A DNA stretch of 64,000 bases from Phycisphaerales bacterium (GCA_044223975.1 JBGALI010000012.1:38422-102421); one strand, 5' to 3'; shown: positions 10,371 through 21,639, numbered from the stretch's first letter. Notes: generated by a model not told the origin, from the letters alone. Numbers and translations: made by a program.

Positions 10371-11668
10371 ACAAGCGGCGGTTCGGCACGGCCGCGCTCG
10401 TCGGTCGCGCGACCCGCTCCTCGCTCGCCGCGATAGAAGAGCTCGAACAACGGCGTGGCCATGAGCGTCGTGACGATGGCCATGATCACGAGGATGCTAA
10501 AGAGGGTGGTCGAAATGAGCCCGCGCTCAAGCCCGATGTTGATGATGATGAGCTCCATGAGGCCCCGCGAGTTCATGAGCGCCCCCACCGCCGCGGCGTC
10601 GCGGTGGCTCTCTCCGTGCAGGCGCGCCCCGATGTAGCAGGCGACTCCCTTGCCGATGCACGCGCAGGCCAGAACGACCGCCGCGGCGCCCGCCAGCGAC
10701 CATGTGTCGATGACCGAGAGCCTGGTGTTCAGCCCTGAATTCACGAAGAAGAACGGGAGAAGCAGGCTCACCGTCAGCGGTTCGATGCGCTTCCTCACCG
10801 ACAATGCGAACTCGCCGCGGGGCACGGCCATGCCGAGAATGAAAGCGCCGAACACGGCGTAGATCCCGACCCAATCCGTAAACCATGCGCCCAGCATGAG
10901 CAGGACCAGAACGATCGGGAACATGAACGATGCGCCGGCGGCGCTGGAGCGAGCCCGGCGCTCAAGCGCGGCCAGCGCGGGTCGCACCAGGGTCAGCACG
11001 CCGACCGCGTAGAGGACACCGCCGCCGACGGCCCACGCGGCGATCGTCACGTCGGCCTTGAAACTGGCGAGCACCACGGCGAGGATGCACCAGGCCAGCG
11101 CATCGTCCGTGGCGCCCGCGGCAAGGGCGAGGGTGCCGATCGCCGTGCCCGACATGCCGCGCTCGAAAATGATGCGGGCGAGCATCGGGAACGCGGTGAT
11201 CGACATGGCCGCGCCCAGGAAGAGCATGGTCTCGCCGCGCGAGGCCCCTTGGGTGAACAGCCCCAACGCGCCGTACCACACCCAGGCGAGCCCGGCGCCG
11301 AGCGCCATCGGGACCACGATCCCGAAGGCCGAGACGGTGACGGCGCTCCGCGCCTTCTGGCGCAGCAGCTTCACGTCGAACTCAACGCCCATCACGAACA
11401 TGTAGAGCACCAGGCCGAGCTGGGCCACGCAGTAGAGCACCGTCATGAGCGGGTGCGTGCCGCCGTTGAGCGTGCGCGGGAACAGCCACGCCGCGGCGTC
11501 GGGGAGGGCCCACCCAAGCAAGGAGGGGCCAAGCAGCACGCCGGCGATCATCTCCCCGACCACCTGGGGCTGGCCGAGCCGGCGCACGAGCAGGCCCACT
11601 ACGCGGCAGGTCGCCAGGATCGCCGCAACCTGCACGAAGAAGTGGATCGACAGCTGGAAGTTTGTCAC
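10313..11668 (-). CDS. Cation/H+ antiporter, CPA2 (Kef/NhaP-type) family
   Basis: Multi-pass membrane protein whose N-terminus (TNFQLSIHFFVQVAAILATCRVVGLLVRRLGQPQVVGEMIAGVLLGPS) matches the Na+/H+ exchanger family. The likely start is GTG ~11668 behind a GGAGGG RBS. Confidence 0.75.
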   Translation of the reverse strand: MTNFQLSIHFFVQVAAILATCRVVGLLVRRLGQPQVVGEMIAGVLLGPSLLGWALPDAAAWLFPRTLNGGTHPLMTVLYCVAQLGLVLYMFVMGVEFDVKLLRQKARSAVTVSAFGIVVPMALGAGLAWVWYGALGLFTQGASRGETMLFLGAAMSITAFPMLARIIFERGMSGTAIGTLALAAGATDDALAWCILAVVLASFKADVTIAAWAVGGGVLYAVGVLTLVRPALAALERRARSSAAGASFMFPIVLVLLMLGAWFTDWVGIYAVFGAFILGMAVPRGEFALSVRKRIEPLTVSLLLPFFFVNSGLNTRLSVIDTWSLAGAAAVVLACACIGKGVACYIGARLHGESHRDAAAVGALMNSRGLMELIIINIGLERGLISTTLFSILVIMAIVTTLMATPLFELFYRGERGAGRATDERGRAEPPLVHVVAAPAPAEAAPSRDRV

Positions 11669-11793
11669 GCCACCCTCCGGATTCGGAAGGGCAGTGTAAC
11701 GCCCGGCGCCTCGGACGAGTCTCACGATTCGACCCGGTGACAATCGTGACCCGCGTGGTTGCGGAGTCGCGACTCTTCGGCAACACTTGGCCC

Positions 11794-13347
11794 ATGAACT
11801 CGGCCTCACCATCCGGTCCGGCTCTGCTTCTCGACGGCCAGGCCCTGACGATCGCCGAGGTCGAAGAGGTCGCCCGTGCCGGTCGGCGCGTCGAGATCGG
11901 CGCCCGGGCGGGGCGACTCATCGCGGCGTCGCGCGCGGTCGTCGAGCGCGCGATGGGCGACGGGCTCGCGCATTACGGGATCAACACCGGCTTCGGCTCG
12001 CTGGCCCTCAAACGCATCGCGCCCGAAGACCTGCGCGATCTGCAGCGCAACCTCGTGCGTTCCCACGCCGCGGGGGTCGGTACGGCAATGCCGACGGACG
12101 TGGTCCGGGCGATGATGCTCCTGCTGGCCGCGTCGCTGGCGCGCGGCCTTTCGGGTGTCCGCCCCGCGGTCGTCGAACTGCTGGCGGCGATGCTCAACGC
12201 GGGAGTCACGCCGGAAGTGCCCGAGACGGGGTCGGTCGGGGCTTCGGGCGATCTGGCTCCGCTCGCTCACCTCGCGCTCGTGCTCATCGGCGAAGGTCGG
12301 GCCGCGGTCGGTACCAAGACCATGGACGGGGGCGCGGCGCTGCGCGGTGCCGGGCTGGCCCCTCTGACGCTTGAAGCCAAGGAGGGCCTGGCGCTCATCA
12401 ACGGCACCCACCTGATGGCCGCGCGCGGGGCTCTGGTCTGCAGCGACGCGCAGCGGCTGATCAACGCGGCCGTGGTGGCCGCGGCGATGTCGATCGACGC
12501 GTGCCGTGGAACCGACTCGTTCCTCGATGACCGCGTGCACATCGCACGTGGTCACGCGGGTCAGCGCGATGTCGCGGCGTGCCTCCGCGAGCTGCTCGAA
12601 GGAAGTCGGATCATTCCCTCGCACATCGACAATGATCCGCGCGTCCAGGACCCGTACTCCCTGCGCTGCGCACCGGCGGTGCTGGGCGCGGCGCTCGAGT
12701 CGGCGCGTCACGCCGCGGCCTGCGTGACCCGCGAGCTCGGCGCCGTGACCGACAACCCGCTCGTCTTTGCCGACAACGGCGACGTCGTGTCGGCGGGCAA
12801 TTTTCACGGCATGCCGCTGGCGATCCCCCTCGACCTCCTGGCGATCTGCATCGCGCACGTGGCCGGGATCTCCGAGCGGCGAACGTACTTCATGCTCGGC
12901 GCCAGCGACCCCGAGGCGCAGCTCACCGCGTACCTGAGCCCCAAGCCCGGACTGCACTCGGGCTTCATGATCGCGCAGTACACCGCCGCGGCGTGCTGCA
13001 ATGAGCTGATCGGGCTGGCCAACCCCGCGAGCGTGGCCAACCTGGCCACCAGCGCGGGGACCGAGGACTACAACTCCTTCGGGCCCCGGAGCGCCGCCAA
13101 GGCCGCGCGGGCGGTCGAGCTCGCCCGCTGGGTGGTGAGCGCCGAACTGCTCTGCGCCGCCCAAGGGGTCGAGGCGCATCGTCCGCTGACCTCGGGGAAC
13201 GGGGTCGAGCGGGCCATCCGGACCATCCGCGGGGTGGTGCCGACGCTCACGGCCGACCGGCCCCCGTCGCCCGACCTCGAGGCTATCGCCGAACTGATTC
13301 GGGACGGTTCAATCGGGCCGGAGCGCGGCCTAATATTGACCCCGTGA
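11794..13347 (+). CDS. MIO-dependent ammonia-lyase (histidine/aromatic amino acid ammonia-lyase family)
   Basis: ASG tripeptide in GASGDLAPLAHL (MIO precursor) and the conserved NTGFGS and Lyase_aromatic patterns. No hutU or hutI is adjacent, so the substrate is left open. Confidence 0.8.
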   Translation: MNSASPSGPALLLDGQALTIAEVEEVARAGRRVEIGARAGRLIAASRAVVERAMGDGLAHYGINTGFGSLALKRIAPEDLRDLQRNLVRSHAAGVGTAMPTDVVRAMMLLLAASLARGLSGVRPAVVELLAAMLNAGVTPEVPETGSVGASGDLAPLAHLALVLIGEGRAAVGTKTMDGGAALRGAGLAPLTLEAKEGLALINGTHLMAARGALVCSDAQRLINAAVVAAAMSIDACRGTDSFLDDRVHIARGHAGQRDVAACLRELLEGSRIIPSHIDNDPRVQDPYSLRCAPAVLGAALESARHAAACVTRELGAVTDNPLVFADNGDVVSAGNFHGMPLAIPLDLLAICIAHVAGISERRTYFMLGASDPEAQLTAYLSPKPGLHSGFMIAQYTAAACCNELIGLANPASVANLATSAGTEDYNSFGPRSAAKAARAVELARWVVSAELLCAAQGVEAHRPLTSGNGVERAIRTIRGVVPTLTADRPPSPDLEAIAELIRDGSIGPERGLILTP

Positions 13348-14183
13348 GTCGGATCGACGAAATCTTCCGATCCCTCCGGGAACGACGCGGGCGAGCGGTG
13401 ATGCCGTTCATCTGCGGCGGTTTTCCCCGCCCGGGGCTTACCACCGACACTCTGGTCGCGCTGGACGCCGCGGGCGCGTCGGTCATCGAAGTCGGCATCC
13501 CCTTCTCCGATCCGATCGCTGATGGCCCGGTGATCGCGGCCGCGATGCACCGCGCCCTCAAGGCCGGCTCGACGCCGGCGAGCGTGTTCGATGAAGTTCG
13601 CGCGGCGCGGTCCCGTGTCAACGCGGGTCTGGTTGCGATGGTGAGCGTGTCCATCGTGCAGCGCATGGGCGGGCCAGTTGGGTTCATTGCTCGGGCGGTG
13701 GACGCCGGGTTTGACGGCTTCATCTTCCCCGATGTGCCCTTGGAGGAAGCGGGAGCCCTGCTGGAGGCCGCGAAGGCCAAGGACGCGTCCGCAAGCCTGC
13801 TGATCGCCCCCTCAACCTCGTTCGCGCGAGCCACCGAGATCGCCAAGGCGTCGACTGGATTTGTATACTTGCTGGCGCGTGCGGGGATCACCGGAGAGCG
13901 GCAGACCATCCCCGACTTGGGGCCGCGCGTGCGGAAATTGAGGGAAATCACCCAGCTCCCGATCGCGGTCGGGTTCGGCGTGTCCACGGCCGAGCAGGTG
14001 CGGGCCATTAGCCGGGACGCGGACGCGGCGATCGTGGGCAGCGCGCTGGTTCGCCGCATGACCGACGCGTCAGACGGCGGACGTGACCCGGTCGCCGAGG
14101 CAGCGACGTTCTGCCGCGAGCTTGTCGCCGGGCTGGAAACCGAGTCTCCGGCGGCGACGACCGGTGAGCGACAATCGGCGTGA
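13344..14183 (+). CDS. trpA: Tryptophan synthase alpha subunit
   Basis: Hallmark EVGIPFSDPIADGPVI and the overall TIM-barrel TrpA pattern. The GTG start overlaps the upstream stop (GTGA). Confidence 0.85.
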   Translation: MSRIDEIFRSLRERRGRAVMPFICGGFPRPGLTTDTLVALDAAGASVIEVGIPFSDPIADGPVIAAAMHRALKAGSTPASVFDEVRAARSRVNAGLVAMVSVSIVQRMGGPVGFIARAVDAGFDGFIFPDVPLEEAGALLEAAKAKDASASLLIAPSTSFARATEIAKASTGFVYLLARAGITGERQTIPDLGPRVRKLREITQLPIAVGFGVSTAEQVRAISRDADAAIVGSALVRRMTDASDGGRDPVAEAATFCRELVAGLETESPAATTGERQSA

Positions 14184-14327
14184 TCGTTGTCAAGTGCGCC
14201 GCCGTCGATGGGCGGGCGCTATTATCGGCAACACTCGCCCCGGGGCCGCTCGCACCGTGCCCCGCCATTGGTTTGTGCATTTCAACGACCGACCGATCTG
14301 CCCGATAAAGGAATCCGGGAGACCGCC

Positions 14328-16535
14328 ATGAGCATTTCAGCAGCGAACCACCACGAAACCACCGTCCGGAACGGCACCATGAACCCCAAGCCCGATGCAC
14401 CCCGTCACGGCTCGGCCGTGCAGGACATGTTCGCTTCCGACGTCTTCACCGGGCGCGCCATGCAGCAGCGCCTGCCCAAGGACGTCTTCCGCCGCATGCA
14501 GAGGACGATCGAGCACGGCGAATCGCTCGACGGCGAGCTGGCCGACGTCGTTGCCGCGGCGATGAAGGACTGGGCGATGGAGCGTGGCGCCACGCACTAC
14601 ACGCACTGGTTCCAGCCGATGACCGGCCTGACCGCCGAGAAGCACGACGCGTTCCTGGTGCCCGACGGCCAGGGCGGGGCGATCAGCGAGTTCACCGGGT
14701 CGGCCCTGGTGCGCGGCGAGCCCGACGCGTCGAGCTTCCCCTCCGGCGGCATCCGCGCGACGTTCGAGGCGCGCGGCTACACGGCGTGGGACTGCACCAG
14801 CCCGGTGTTCATCAACCGCAACGGCGGCACGGCCACCCTCTGCATCCCCACCGCCTTCGTGTCGTGGACGGGCGAGGCGCTCGACAAGAAGACGCCGCTC
14901 CTGAGGTCGATGGACGCGCTGAGCGAGCAGGCGATGCGGATCCTGAAGATCTTCGGGACCGACGCCGGCGTGTCGCGCGTGATGACCACCGCGGGCGCCG
15001 AGCAGGAGTACTTCCTGATCGACCGCGACTTCTACTTTGCGCGCCCCGACCTGGTCACCTGCGACCGCACGCTCTTTGGCGCCAAGCCGCCCAAGGGCCA
15101 GCAGCTCGAGGATCACTACTTCGGCTCGATCCCGCCCCGGGTGCTGGCGTTCATGGCCGAGAGCGAGCGCGAGCTCTACCGGCTGGGCGTGCCCGTGAAG
15201 ACCCGGCACAACGAGGTGGCGCCCTGCCAGTTCGAACTGGCGCCTCTCTTTGAGACCGCCAACATCGCCTGCGACCACCAGATGCTCGTCATGGAGACGC
15301 TCAAGCGCGTGGCCCCGCGCCACGGCCTGCAGTGCATCCTGCACGAGAAGCCCTTCGCGGGGATCAACGGGTCGGGCAAGCACCTGAACTGGTCGATGGC
15401 GACCGACACGGGCGTGAACCTGCTGGACCCGCAGGACGACACGCACACCAACATGCAGTTCCTGGTGTGCCTGTGCGCCGTGATCCGCGCGGTCGACCTG
15501 CACGCCGACCTGCTGCGGTCGAGCGTGGCCAGCGCCAACAACGACCACCGTCTGGGCGCCAACGAGGCCCCCCCGGCGATCATGTCGGTGTTCCTGGGCG
15601 ACATGCTCAGCGACATCATCGACCAGCTCGAGGCGGGCGCCGCCAAGCGCACCATCCAGGGCGAGATCCTCGACCTGGGCTCGCGGACGCTGCCGCAGCT
15701 GCCGCGCCACACCGGCGACCGCAACCGCACCAGCCCGTTCGCGTTCACCGGCAACAAGTTCGAATTCCGTGCCGTGGGCAGCAGCCAGAGCGTGGCGTGG
15801 CCGGCGACCGTGCTCAACACGATCGTGGCCGAGAGCCTGGATTTCATGGCGACCGAGCTCGAGAAGGCTCTGGGCAAGAGCGAGGGCAAGGACCGCGGCA
15901 GCAAGCTGCAGGCCGCGGTGCGCACGCTCCTCCAGAAGGTCGTCAAGCAGCACAAGCGGGTCATCTTCAACGGCGACGGCTACGACAAGGCCTGGCACAC
16001 CGAGGCCGAGAAGAAGCGCGGCCTGCCCAACCTCCGCAACACGGTCGACGCGCTGCCCGTGCTGACGACCAAGAAGAACATCGGCGTCTTCAGCAAGTAC
16101 AAGGTGCTGAGCGAGGTCGAGGTGCAGAGCCGCGAGCACATCTTCATCGAGAAGTACATCAAGCAGGTGCTCATCGAGGCCGAGACCGCGATCCTCATGG
16201 CCCGCACGCAGGTGCTGCCGGCGGCGACGCGCCAGCAGGCCGAGCTCGCCGAGGTCGTCGCGGCCACCGAGGCCGCGGACGTGAAGGCCGACGATGCACG
16301 CCGCCAGCTCGAGGAGTTTGCGGGCCAGGTCGACCGCCTCCGCAAGGCGATCGCCACCCTCGACAAGTCGACCGAGATCGAGGCGTCCGACGAGCACAAG
16401 AAGGCGGTGCTCGTGCGCGACAAGGTTCTCGCGGCGATGCTCGCGCTGCGCGAGATCGTCGACTGGCTCGAGCCGCGCATTTCTTCTGACCTGTGGTCGC
16501 TGCCGACGTACCGCGAGATGCTCGTGATCCGCTGA
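14328..16535 (+). CDS. glnN: Glutamine synthetase type III
   Basis: ~735-aa product with a GSIII-typical N-terminus ([25 protein letters not shown]...[18 protein letters not shown]) and catalytic core (NGSGKH). The ATG is at 14328. Confidence 0.85.
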   Translation: MSISAANHHETTVRNGTMNPKPDAPRHGSAVQDMFASDVFTGRAMQQRLPKDVFRRMQRTIEHGESLDGELADVVAAAMKDWAMERGATHYTHWFQPMTGLTAEKHDAFLVPDGQGGAISEFTGSALVRGEPDASSFPSGGIRATFEARGYTAWDCTSPVFINRNGGTATLCIPTAFVSWTGEALDKKTPLLRSMDALSEQAMRILKIFGTDAGVSRVMTTAGAEQEYFLIDRDFYFARPDLVTCDRTLFGAKPPKGQQLEDHYFGSIPPRVLAFMAESERELYRLGVPVKTRHNEVAPCQFELAPLFETANIACDHQMLVMETLKRVAPRHGLQCILHEKPFAGINGSGKHLNWSMATDTGVNLLDPQDDTHTNMQFLVCLCAVIRAVDLHADLLRSSVASANNDHRLGANEAPPAIMSVFLGDMLSDIIDQLEAGAAKRTIQGEILDLGSRTLPQLPRHTGDRNRTSPFAFTGNKFEFRAVGSSQSVAWPATVLNTIVAESLDFMATELEKALGKSEGKDRGSKLQAAVRTLLQKVVKQHKRVIFNGDGYDKAWHTEAEKKRGLPNLRNTVDALPVLTTKKNIGVFSKYKVLSEVEVQSREHIFIEKYIKQVLIEAETAILMARTQVLPAATRQQAELAEVVAATEAADVKADDARRQLEEFAGQVDRLRKAIATLDKSTEIEASDEHKKAVLVRDKVLAAMLALREIVDWLEPRISSDLWSLPTYREMLVIR

Positions 16536-16571
16536 TCGCCGATCGGTCTGCAATCTCAGAAGGGCGGCGGG

Positions 16572-16600
16572 CTGACCCGTCGCCCTTTTTCATGCGCGCG
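16572..16600 (+). terminator. Rho-independent terminator downstream of glnN
   Basis: GGGCGGCGGG-CTGA-CCCGTCGCCC stem-loop followed by TTTTT. Confidence 0.7.
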
Positions 16601-16683
16601 GTCCCGCGGCGCGCCGCGTTTGACCGCGTCCGCGGGAACCCCTATTATTGTGACGTGAGAGTCATTTAATTCGAGAACGCCCG

Positions 16684-17349
16684 ATGCCCGCTGTCAGGAA
16701 AAAGCCAGCCGCCCGGGGACGCCCGCGCGACCGCACGCTCCCGGCCCGCCGAAGGGAAGAGATCCTCTGCGCCGCGACCCATCTCTTTGCGGGCAAGGGC
16801 TACGCGGCGGCGGACCTGCAGGGCGTCGCCGACCGGCTCGGGGTCGCCAAGGGAACGTTGTACCGGTACTTCAGGAGCAAGCGGGCGGTGTTCCTCGCGG
16901 CCGTCGACCGCGGCATGCGGATGCTGGGCGCCGCGATCGACGAATCGTCCGCGGACGAGCCGGACCCCCTGCGCCGGATCCGGCTGTCGATCGTGGCCTA
17001 CCTCCGGTTTTTCCGCGAGTACCCCGAGCTCTGCGAGCTGATCATCATCGAGCGGGCCGAGTTCCGCGACCGGCGCACGCCCACGTACTTCCGACACCGA
17101 GAGGCCAACCGCACCAAGTGGCGCGCGTTCTACGGCTCGCTGATGCGCGAGGGTCTGCTCCGGACGGTGCCGGTCGACGACCTCCTGGGCGTCATCGGGA
17201 ACGTCGTGTACGGGACCATGTTCACCGACTTCTTCACCGGCAGCGAACGCACGCCGGAGGAACAGGCCGCGGCCATCACCGAAGTGCTGTTCCGGGGAAT
17301 TCTGACGACCGAGGGCGAGCGCGGGTGGGCCGCCTCGGGCCATCCGTGA
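16684..17349 (+). CDS. TetR/AcrR family transcriptional regulator
   Basis: N-terminal HTH (GYAAADLQGVADRLGVAKGTLYRYFRSKRAVF). It sits upstream of the MFP/RND genes. Confidence 0.85.
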   Translation: MPAVRKKPAARGRPRDRTLPARRREEILCAATHLFAGKGYAAADLQGVADRLGVAKGTLYRYFRSKRAVFLAAVDRGMRMLGAAIDESSADEPDPLRRIRLSIVAYLRFFREYPELCELIIIERAEFRDRRTPTYFRHREANRTKWRAFYGSLMREGLLRTVPVDDLLGVIGNVVYGTMFTDFFTGSERTPEEQAAAITEVLFRGILTTEGERGWAASGHP

Positions 17350-17357
17350 GGTCAACC

Positions 17358-18482
17358 ATGCTCCGAACATTCGGCTCCAGGTGTTGGCTCCTGCCGCTCG
17401 CGTGCACAATCGCCGCGGGCGGTTGCGACAGGGGGGCCGAAAAGGCGGCGGGGCCGGGCGCGGGTCCGTTAGCGCCGGTGCGACTCGCCAGCGCCCAGCG
17501 CCGCGACCTGCCGCTGGAAATCCGCACCATCGGCGCCGTGGAATCGCTGGCGGTGGTCACCATCCGCCCCCAGATCGCCGGGAGAATCGTCGAGACTCCG
17601 TTCCAGGAGGGCGGCGATGTTTCCCGCGACGCCGTGCTCGTGCGCCTCGACGCCCGCCCGTTCGAAGCGGCGCTCCACGAGTCCGAGGCGCGCCTGGAGG
17701 CAAGCAAGGCCCGCGAGTTTGACGCCAACCTGGCCCTGGCGCAGATGGAATCGGCGATGCAGGGCCGCGCCGTGTCGGAGCGAGAGCGCGACAAGTCCAA
17801 GGCCGACGCGCTGGCGGCAGCGGCGGAGGTCCGGATGAACGAGGCGGCCGTCGAGACCGCGCGCCTGCAGCTGGAGTACTGCACCATCCGGGCGCCGATC
17901 GCCGGGCGCACCGGGATGGTCAAGGTCAAGTCGGGCAACGTGGTGAAGGAAAACGAGACCGAGATCGTGCAGGTAAGCCAGATCGACCCGATCGGCGTCT
18001 CGTTCGCGGTGCCCGAACAACATCTGGCGGAGATCCGTCGGCTGCAGAAGCTCGGCCCGCTGATCGTGGAGGCCACGCCCCCCGGCGACGACGGTCCGCC
18101 CGAACGGGGCGAGGTGAGCTTCAGCGACAGCCAGGTGGACCCCGCGACGGGCACGCTGCGGATGCGCGCCACGGTCGCGAACCCGGACCGACGCCTCTGG
18201 CCCGGCCAGTTCGTCCGCGTCACGCTCCGCATGACGGTCGAGAAGGACGTGATCGTGGTCCCCGCGCACGCCGTGCAGACCGGCCAGAAGGGGCAGTTCG
18301 TGTTCGTCGTGAAAGACGGCGTCGCCAGGATGGCGGACGTCCGCGTCTCGCGCACCTCCGACGGCCTGGCGGCGATCGCCTCGGGCCTTGAGGCCGGGGA
18401 CGAGGTGGTGACCGAGGGGCAACTGCGGCTGCTGCCGGGGACGAGAGTCCAGGCCAAGACCGACCCCAGCGCGGGAGCGTGA
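17358..18482 (+). CDS. RND efflux membrane fusion (periplasmic adaptor) lipoprotein
   Basis: Lipoprotein signal (LLPLACTIAAGGC), coiled-coil and barrel-sandwich hybrid (HlyD-like) pattern. It immediately precedes the RND pump. Confidence 0.85.
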   Translation: MLRTFGSRCWLLPLACTIAAGGCDRGAEKAAGPGAGPLAPVRLASAQRRDLPLEIRTIGAVESLAVVTIRPQIAGRIVETPFQEGGDVSRDAVLVRLDARPFEAALHESEARLEASKAREFDANLALAQMESAMQGRAVSERERDKSKADALAAAAEVRMNEAAVETARLQLEYCTIRAPIAGRTGMVKVKSGNVVKENETEIVQVSQIDPIGVSFAVPEQHLAEIRRLQKLGPLIVEATPPGDDGPPERGEVSFSDSQVDPATGTLRMRATVANPDRRLWPGQFVRVTLRMTVEKDVIVVPAHAVQTGQKGQFVFVVKDGVARMADVRVSRTSDGLAAIASGLEAGDEVVTEGQLRLLPGTRVQAKTDPSAGA

Positions 18483-18486
18483 CGAC

Positions 18487-21400
18487 ATGAACTTCTCCGA
18501 AACCTGGATCCGCCGCCCCGTCGCAACCACGCTGGTGATGCTGGCGCTGCTGGTGTTCGGATGGATGTCCTACCGAACGCTGCCGGTCAGCGACCTGCCC
18601 AACGTGGACTTTCCGACCATTCAGGTGACGGCCTCGCTGCCGGGAGCGTCCCCGTCCACGATGGCCTCAAGCGTGGCCACGCCGCTGGAGCGCGAATTCT
18701 CGACGATCGCGGGCATCGACTCGATGTCGTCGTCGAGCCTGCTGGGCTCGACGCAGATCACGCTCCAGTTCGCGCTCGACCGCAGCATCGACGCGGCCGC
18801 GCAGGACGTGCAGGCCGCGATCGCGCGGACCGCCAACCGCCTGCCGCCGGAGATGACCAGCCCGCCGTCGTACAAGAAGGTAAACCCCGCGGACCAGCCC
18901 GTGCTCTTCCTGGCGGTCACGAGCCCGACGCTGCCGCTCTATACGATCGACGAGTACGCCGAGACCATCATGAGCCAGCGCATCTCGACCGTGAGCGGCG
19001 TGGCTCAGGTCGTGGTGTACGGCTCGCAGAAATACGCCGTGCGCGTGCAGATGCGCCCCGAGGATCTGGCCAGCAAGGGCATCGGGATCGACGAGGTCGC
19101 CAAGGCGGTCGAGTCGATCAACACCAACCAGCCCACCGGCGTTCTGTACGGCGATCACCAGGCCCTGACGATCGATTCCAACGGGCAGCTCATGGACGCC
19201 AACGCGTACCGGCGCGCCATCGTGGCCTACCGCAACGGCAATCCCGTGCGGCTCGAGCAGCTTGGGCGCATCGTCGACAGCGTCGAGAACGACAAGACCG
19301 CAGCGTGGTACTCCGGGCAGCGCGGCGTGATCCTGGCGGTGCAGCGCCAGCCGGGGACGAACACCGTCGCGGTGGTGGACGCGATCCGCCAGCTTCTTCC
19401 CAGCTTCCGCGAGCAGCTCCCGGCGTCGGTCTCGATCGACACGCTCTACGACCGGTCTGTCTCCATCCGGGCGTCCGTCTCGGACGTGAAGTTCACGCTC
19501 GTGCTCACCCTCGGCCTGGTGGTGATGGTGATCTTCCTGTTCTTGCGTAACGTTCGTGCGACACTCATCCCCAGCCTGGCCATGCCGCTGGCGATCGTGG
19601 GCACCTTCGCCGTCATGAAGGTGCTGGGGTTCAGCCTCGACAATCTGTCGCTGATGGCCCTGACCCTCTGCGTCGGGTTCGTCGTCGACGACGCGATCGT
19701 CGTGCTTGAGAACATCGTGCGCCACATCGAGATGGGCAAGACGCCCATGCAGGCGGCCCTCGAGGGATCGCGCGAGATCGGCTTCACCGTCGTCTCGATG
19801 ACCATCTCCCTGGTGGCCGTGTTCATCCCGGTGCTGTTCATGGGCGGTCTGCTCGGGCGCCTGCTCAACGAATTCGCGGTGACGATCGCGGTGGCGATCC
19901 TGCTGTCGGGCGTGGTGTCGCTGACGCTCACGCCCACGATGGCCGCTCGCCTTCTCCGGCCCGGGCGCGAGGCCGACGCCAAGCACGGGTGGCTGTTCCG
20001 CGCCATCGAGTCGGTGTTCGATGCCACACTGCACGTCTACGACCGCACCCTGCGCTGGAACCTCCGCCACAAGTCCCTGATGGCCGTGTTCTCCCTCGCG
20101 GTGCTCGCGGGGACCGTCTACCTCTTCAACAAGGTGCCCAAGGGCTTCCTGCCTCTCGAGGACCAGGGCCGCATCTTCATCCAGACCGAGGCCGCCGAGG
20201 GAACCTCGTTCGATGGGATGGTCCGCTACCAGCAGGCCGTTGCCGACGTCGTGTCAAAGCACCCCGACGTCGAGGCCTTCATGTCCAGCATCGGCACGCG
20301 CGGCGGGCAGGCCACGGGCATCAACACCGGCACGCTTTTCCTCAAGCTCCGCGACAAGCCAGCGCGGACCAAGTCGGTCGACGAGCTCATCCAGGAGCTG
20401 CGCCCCAAGGTCGCCGAGGTCCCCGGCGTCCGCGCGTTCATGCAGAACCCCCCCACCATCCGCATCGGCGGCCAGCTCACCAAGAGCCAGTACCAGTACA
20501 CGCTCCAGAGCCCCGACACGGCCGAGCTGTACACGGCCACGCCCCTGCTGGTCGACCTGCTCCGCAAGGCCCCCGGATTCCAGGACGTCACCTCGGACGT
20601 GCAGCTCAACAACCCGCAGCTCACGGTCTCGATCGACCGCGACCGTGCCGCCACGCTCGGCGTCACGCCCCAGCAGGTCGAGCTCGCCCTGGCCAGCAGC
20701 TTCGGCTCGCGCCAGATCTCGACGATCTACGCGCCCAACAACGACTACCAGGTCATCCTCGAGCTCGAGCCGCAGTACCAGCGCGACCCGTCGTCGCTGT
20801 CCTTGCTCTACATCCGCTCGACGAGCGGACACCTGATCCCGCTCGACGCCGTCGCGACGTTCGGCAGGTCGGTCGGCCCCCTCACGGTCAACCACGCCGG
20901 GCAGTTGCCGGCCGTGACCGTCTCGTTCAACCTCGCTCCCGGCGTGTCGCTCGGCGAAGCGGTGGCGCAGGTCGAGCGTGCCGCGGCAGAAGTTCTGCCC
21001 GCGACGGTCATCAAGAGCTTCCAGGGCAGCGCCCAGGTGTTTCAGTCGAGCATCCAGGGGCTGGGGGTGCTGCTGCTGGTCGCGATCCTGGTGACCTACG
21101 GCGTGATGGGAGTGCTCTACGAGAGCTTCATCCACCCGCTGACCATCCTGTCCGCGCTCCCGTTCGCCGGGTTCGGCGCCCTCGCGACGCTCATGCTCTT
21201 CCACGTCGAGATGAGCATCTACGCGTTCGTGGGCGTCATCATGCTGGTCGGGCTGGTCAAGAAGAACGGTATCATGATGGTGGATTTCGCGATCGAGGTG
21301 CAGCGTCGCGAGTCCCTCGAACCGATTGAGGCGATTCACCGCGCGTGCGTCGTGCGGTTCCGCCCCATCATGATGACCACGATGGCCGCGCTCATGGGCA

Positions 21401-21639
21401 CGCTCCCCATCGCCCTTGGCGTCGGCGCGGGCGCCGAAAGCCGCCGCCCGCTCGGCCTGGCGGTGGTGGGCGGCCTGCTCTTCTCGCAGCTGGTCACGCT
21501 CTACGCCACACCGGTCTTCTACCTCTGGATGGAGCGTCTGCGAACGCTGGGGTCGCGGCGCCGCGCACCAACGGCCGTGGCCTTCCAGGACGCCGCAGCC
21601 GCAGGCGCACAACCGCGCACGGCGACCGCCGCGTCGTAA
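18487..21639 (+). CDS. RND efflux transporter, HAE1 (AcrB/MexB-like) family
   Basis: 1050 aa with 12-TM AcrB architecture and a typical N-terminus (NFSETWIRRPVATTLVMLALLVFG). No outer-membrane factor gene is adjacent. Confidence 0.9.
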   Translation: MNFSETWIRRPVATTLVMLALLVFGWMSYRTLPVSDLPNVDFPTIQVTASLPGASPSTMASSVATPLEREFSTIAGIDSMSSSSLLGSTQITLQFALDRSIDAAAQDVQAAIARTANRLPPEMTSPPSYKKVNPADQPVLFLAVTSPTLPLYTIDEYAETIMSQRISTVSGVAQVVVYGSQKYAVRVQMRPEDLASKGIGIDEVAKAVESINTNQPTGVLYGDHQALTIDSNGQLMDANAYRRAIVAYRNGNPVRLEQLGRIVDSVENDKTAAWYSGQRGVILAVQRQPGTNTVAVVDAIRQLLPSFREQLPASVSIDTLYDRSVSIRASVSDVKFTLVLTLGLVVMVIFLFLRNVRATLIPSLAMPLAIVGTFAVMKVLGFSLDNLSLMALTLCVGFVVDDAIVVLENIVRHIEMGKTPMQAALEGSREIGFTVVSMTISLVAVFIPVLFMGGLLGRLLNEFAVTIAVAILLSGVVSLTLTPTMAARLLRPGREADAKHGWLFRAIESVFDATLHVYDRTLRWNLRHKSLMAVFSLAVLAGTVYLFNKVPKGFLPLEDQGRIFIQTEAAEGTSFDGMVRYQQAVADVVSKHPDVEAFMSSIGTRGGQATGINTGTLFLKLRDKPARTKSVDELIQELRPKVAEVPGVRAFMQNPPTIRIGGQLTKSQYQYTLQSPDTAELYTATPLLVDLLRKAPGFQDVTSDVQLNNPQLTVSIDRDRAATLGVTPQQVELALASSFGSRQISTIYAPNNDYQVILELEPQYQRDPSSLSLLYIRSTSGHLIPLDAVATFGRSVGPLTVNHAGQLPAVTVSFNLAPGVSLGEAVAQVERAAAEVLPATVIKSFQGSAQVFQSSIQGLGVLLLVAILVTYGVMGVLYESFIHPLTILSALPFAGFGALATLMLFHVEMSIYAFVGVIMLVGLVKKNGIMMVDFAIEVQRRESLEPIEAIHRACVVRFRPIMMTTMAALMGTLPIALGVGAGAESRRPLGLAVVGGLLFSQLVTLYATPVFYLWMERLRTLGSRRRAPTAVAFQDAAAAGAQPRTATAAS

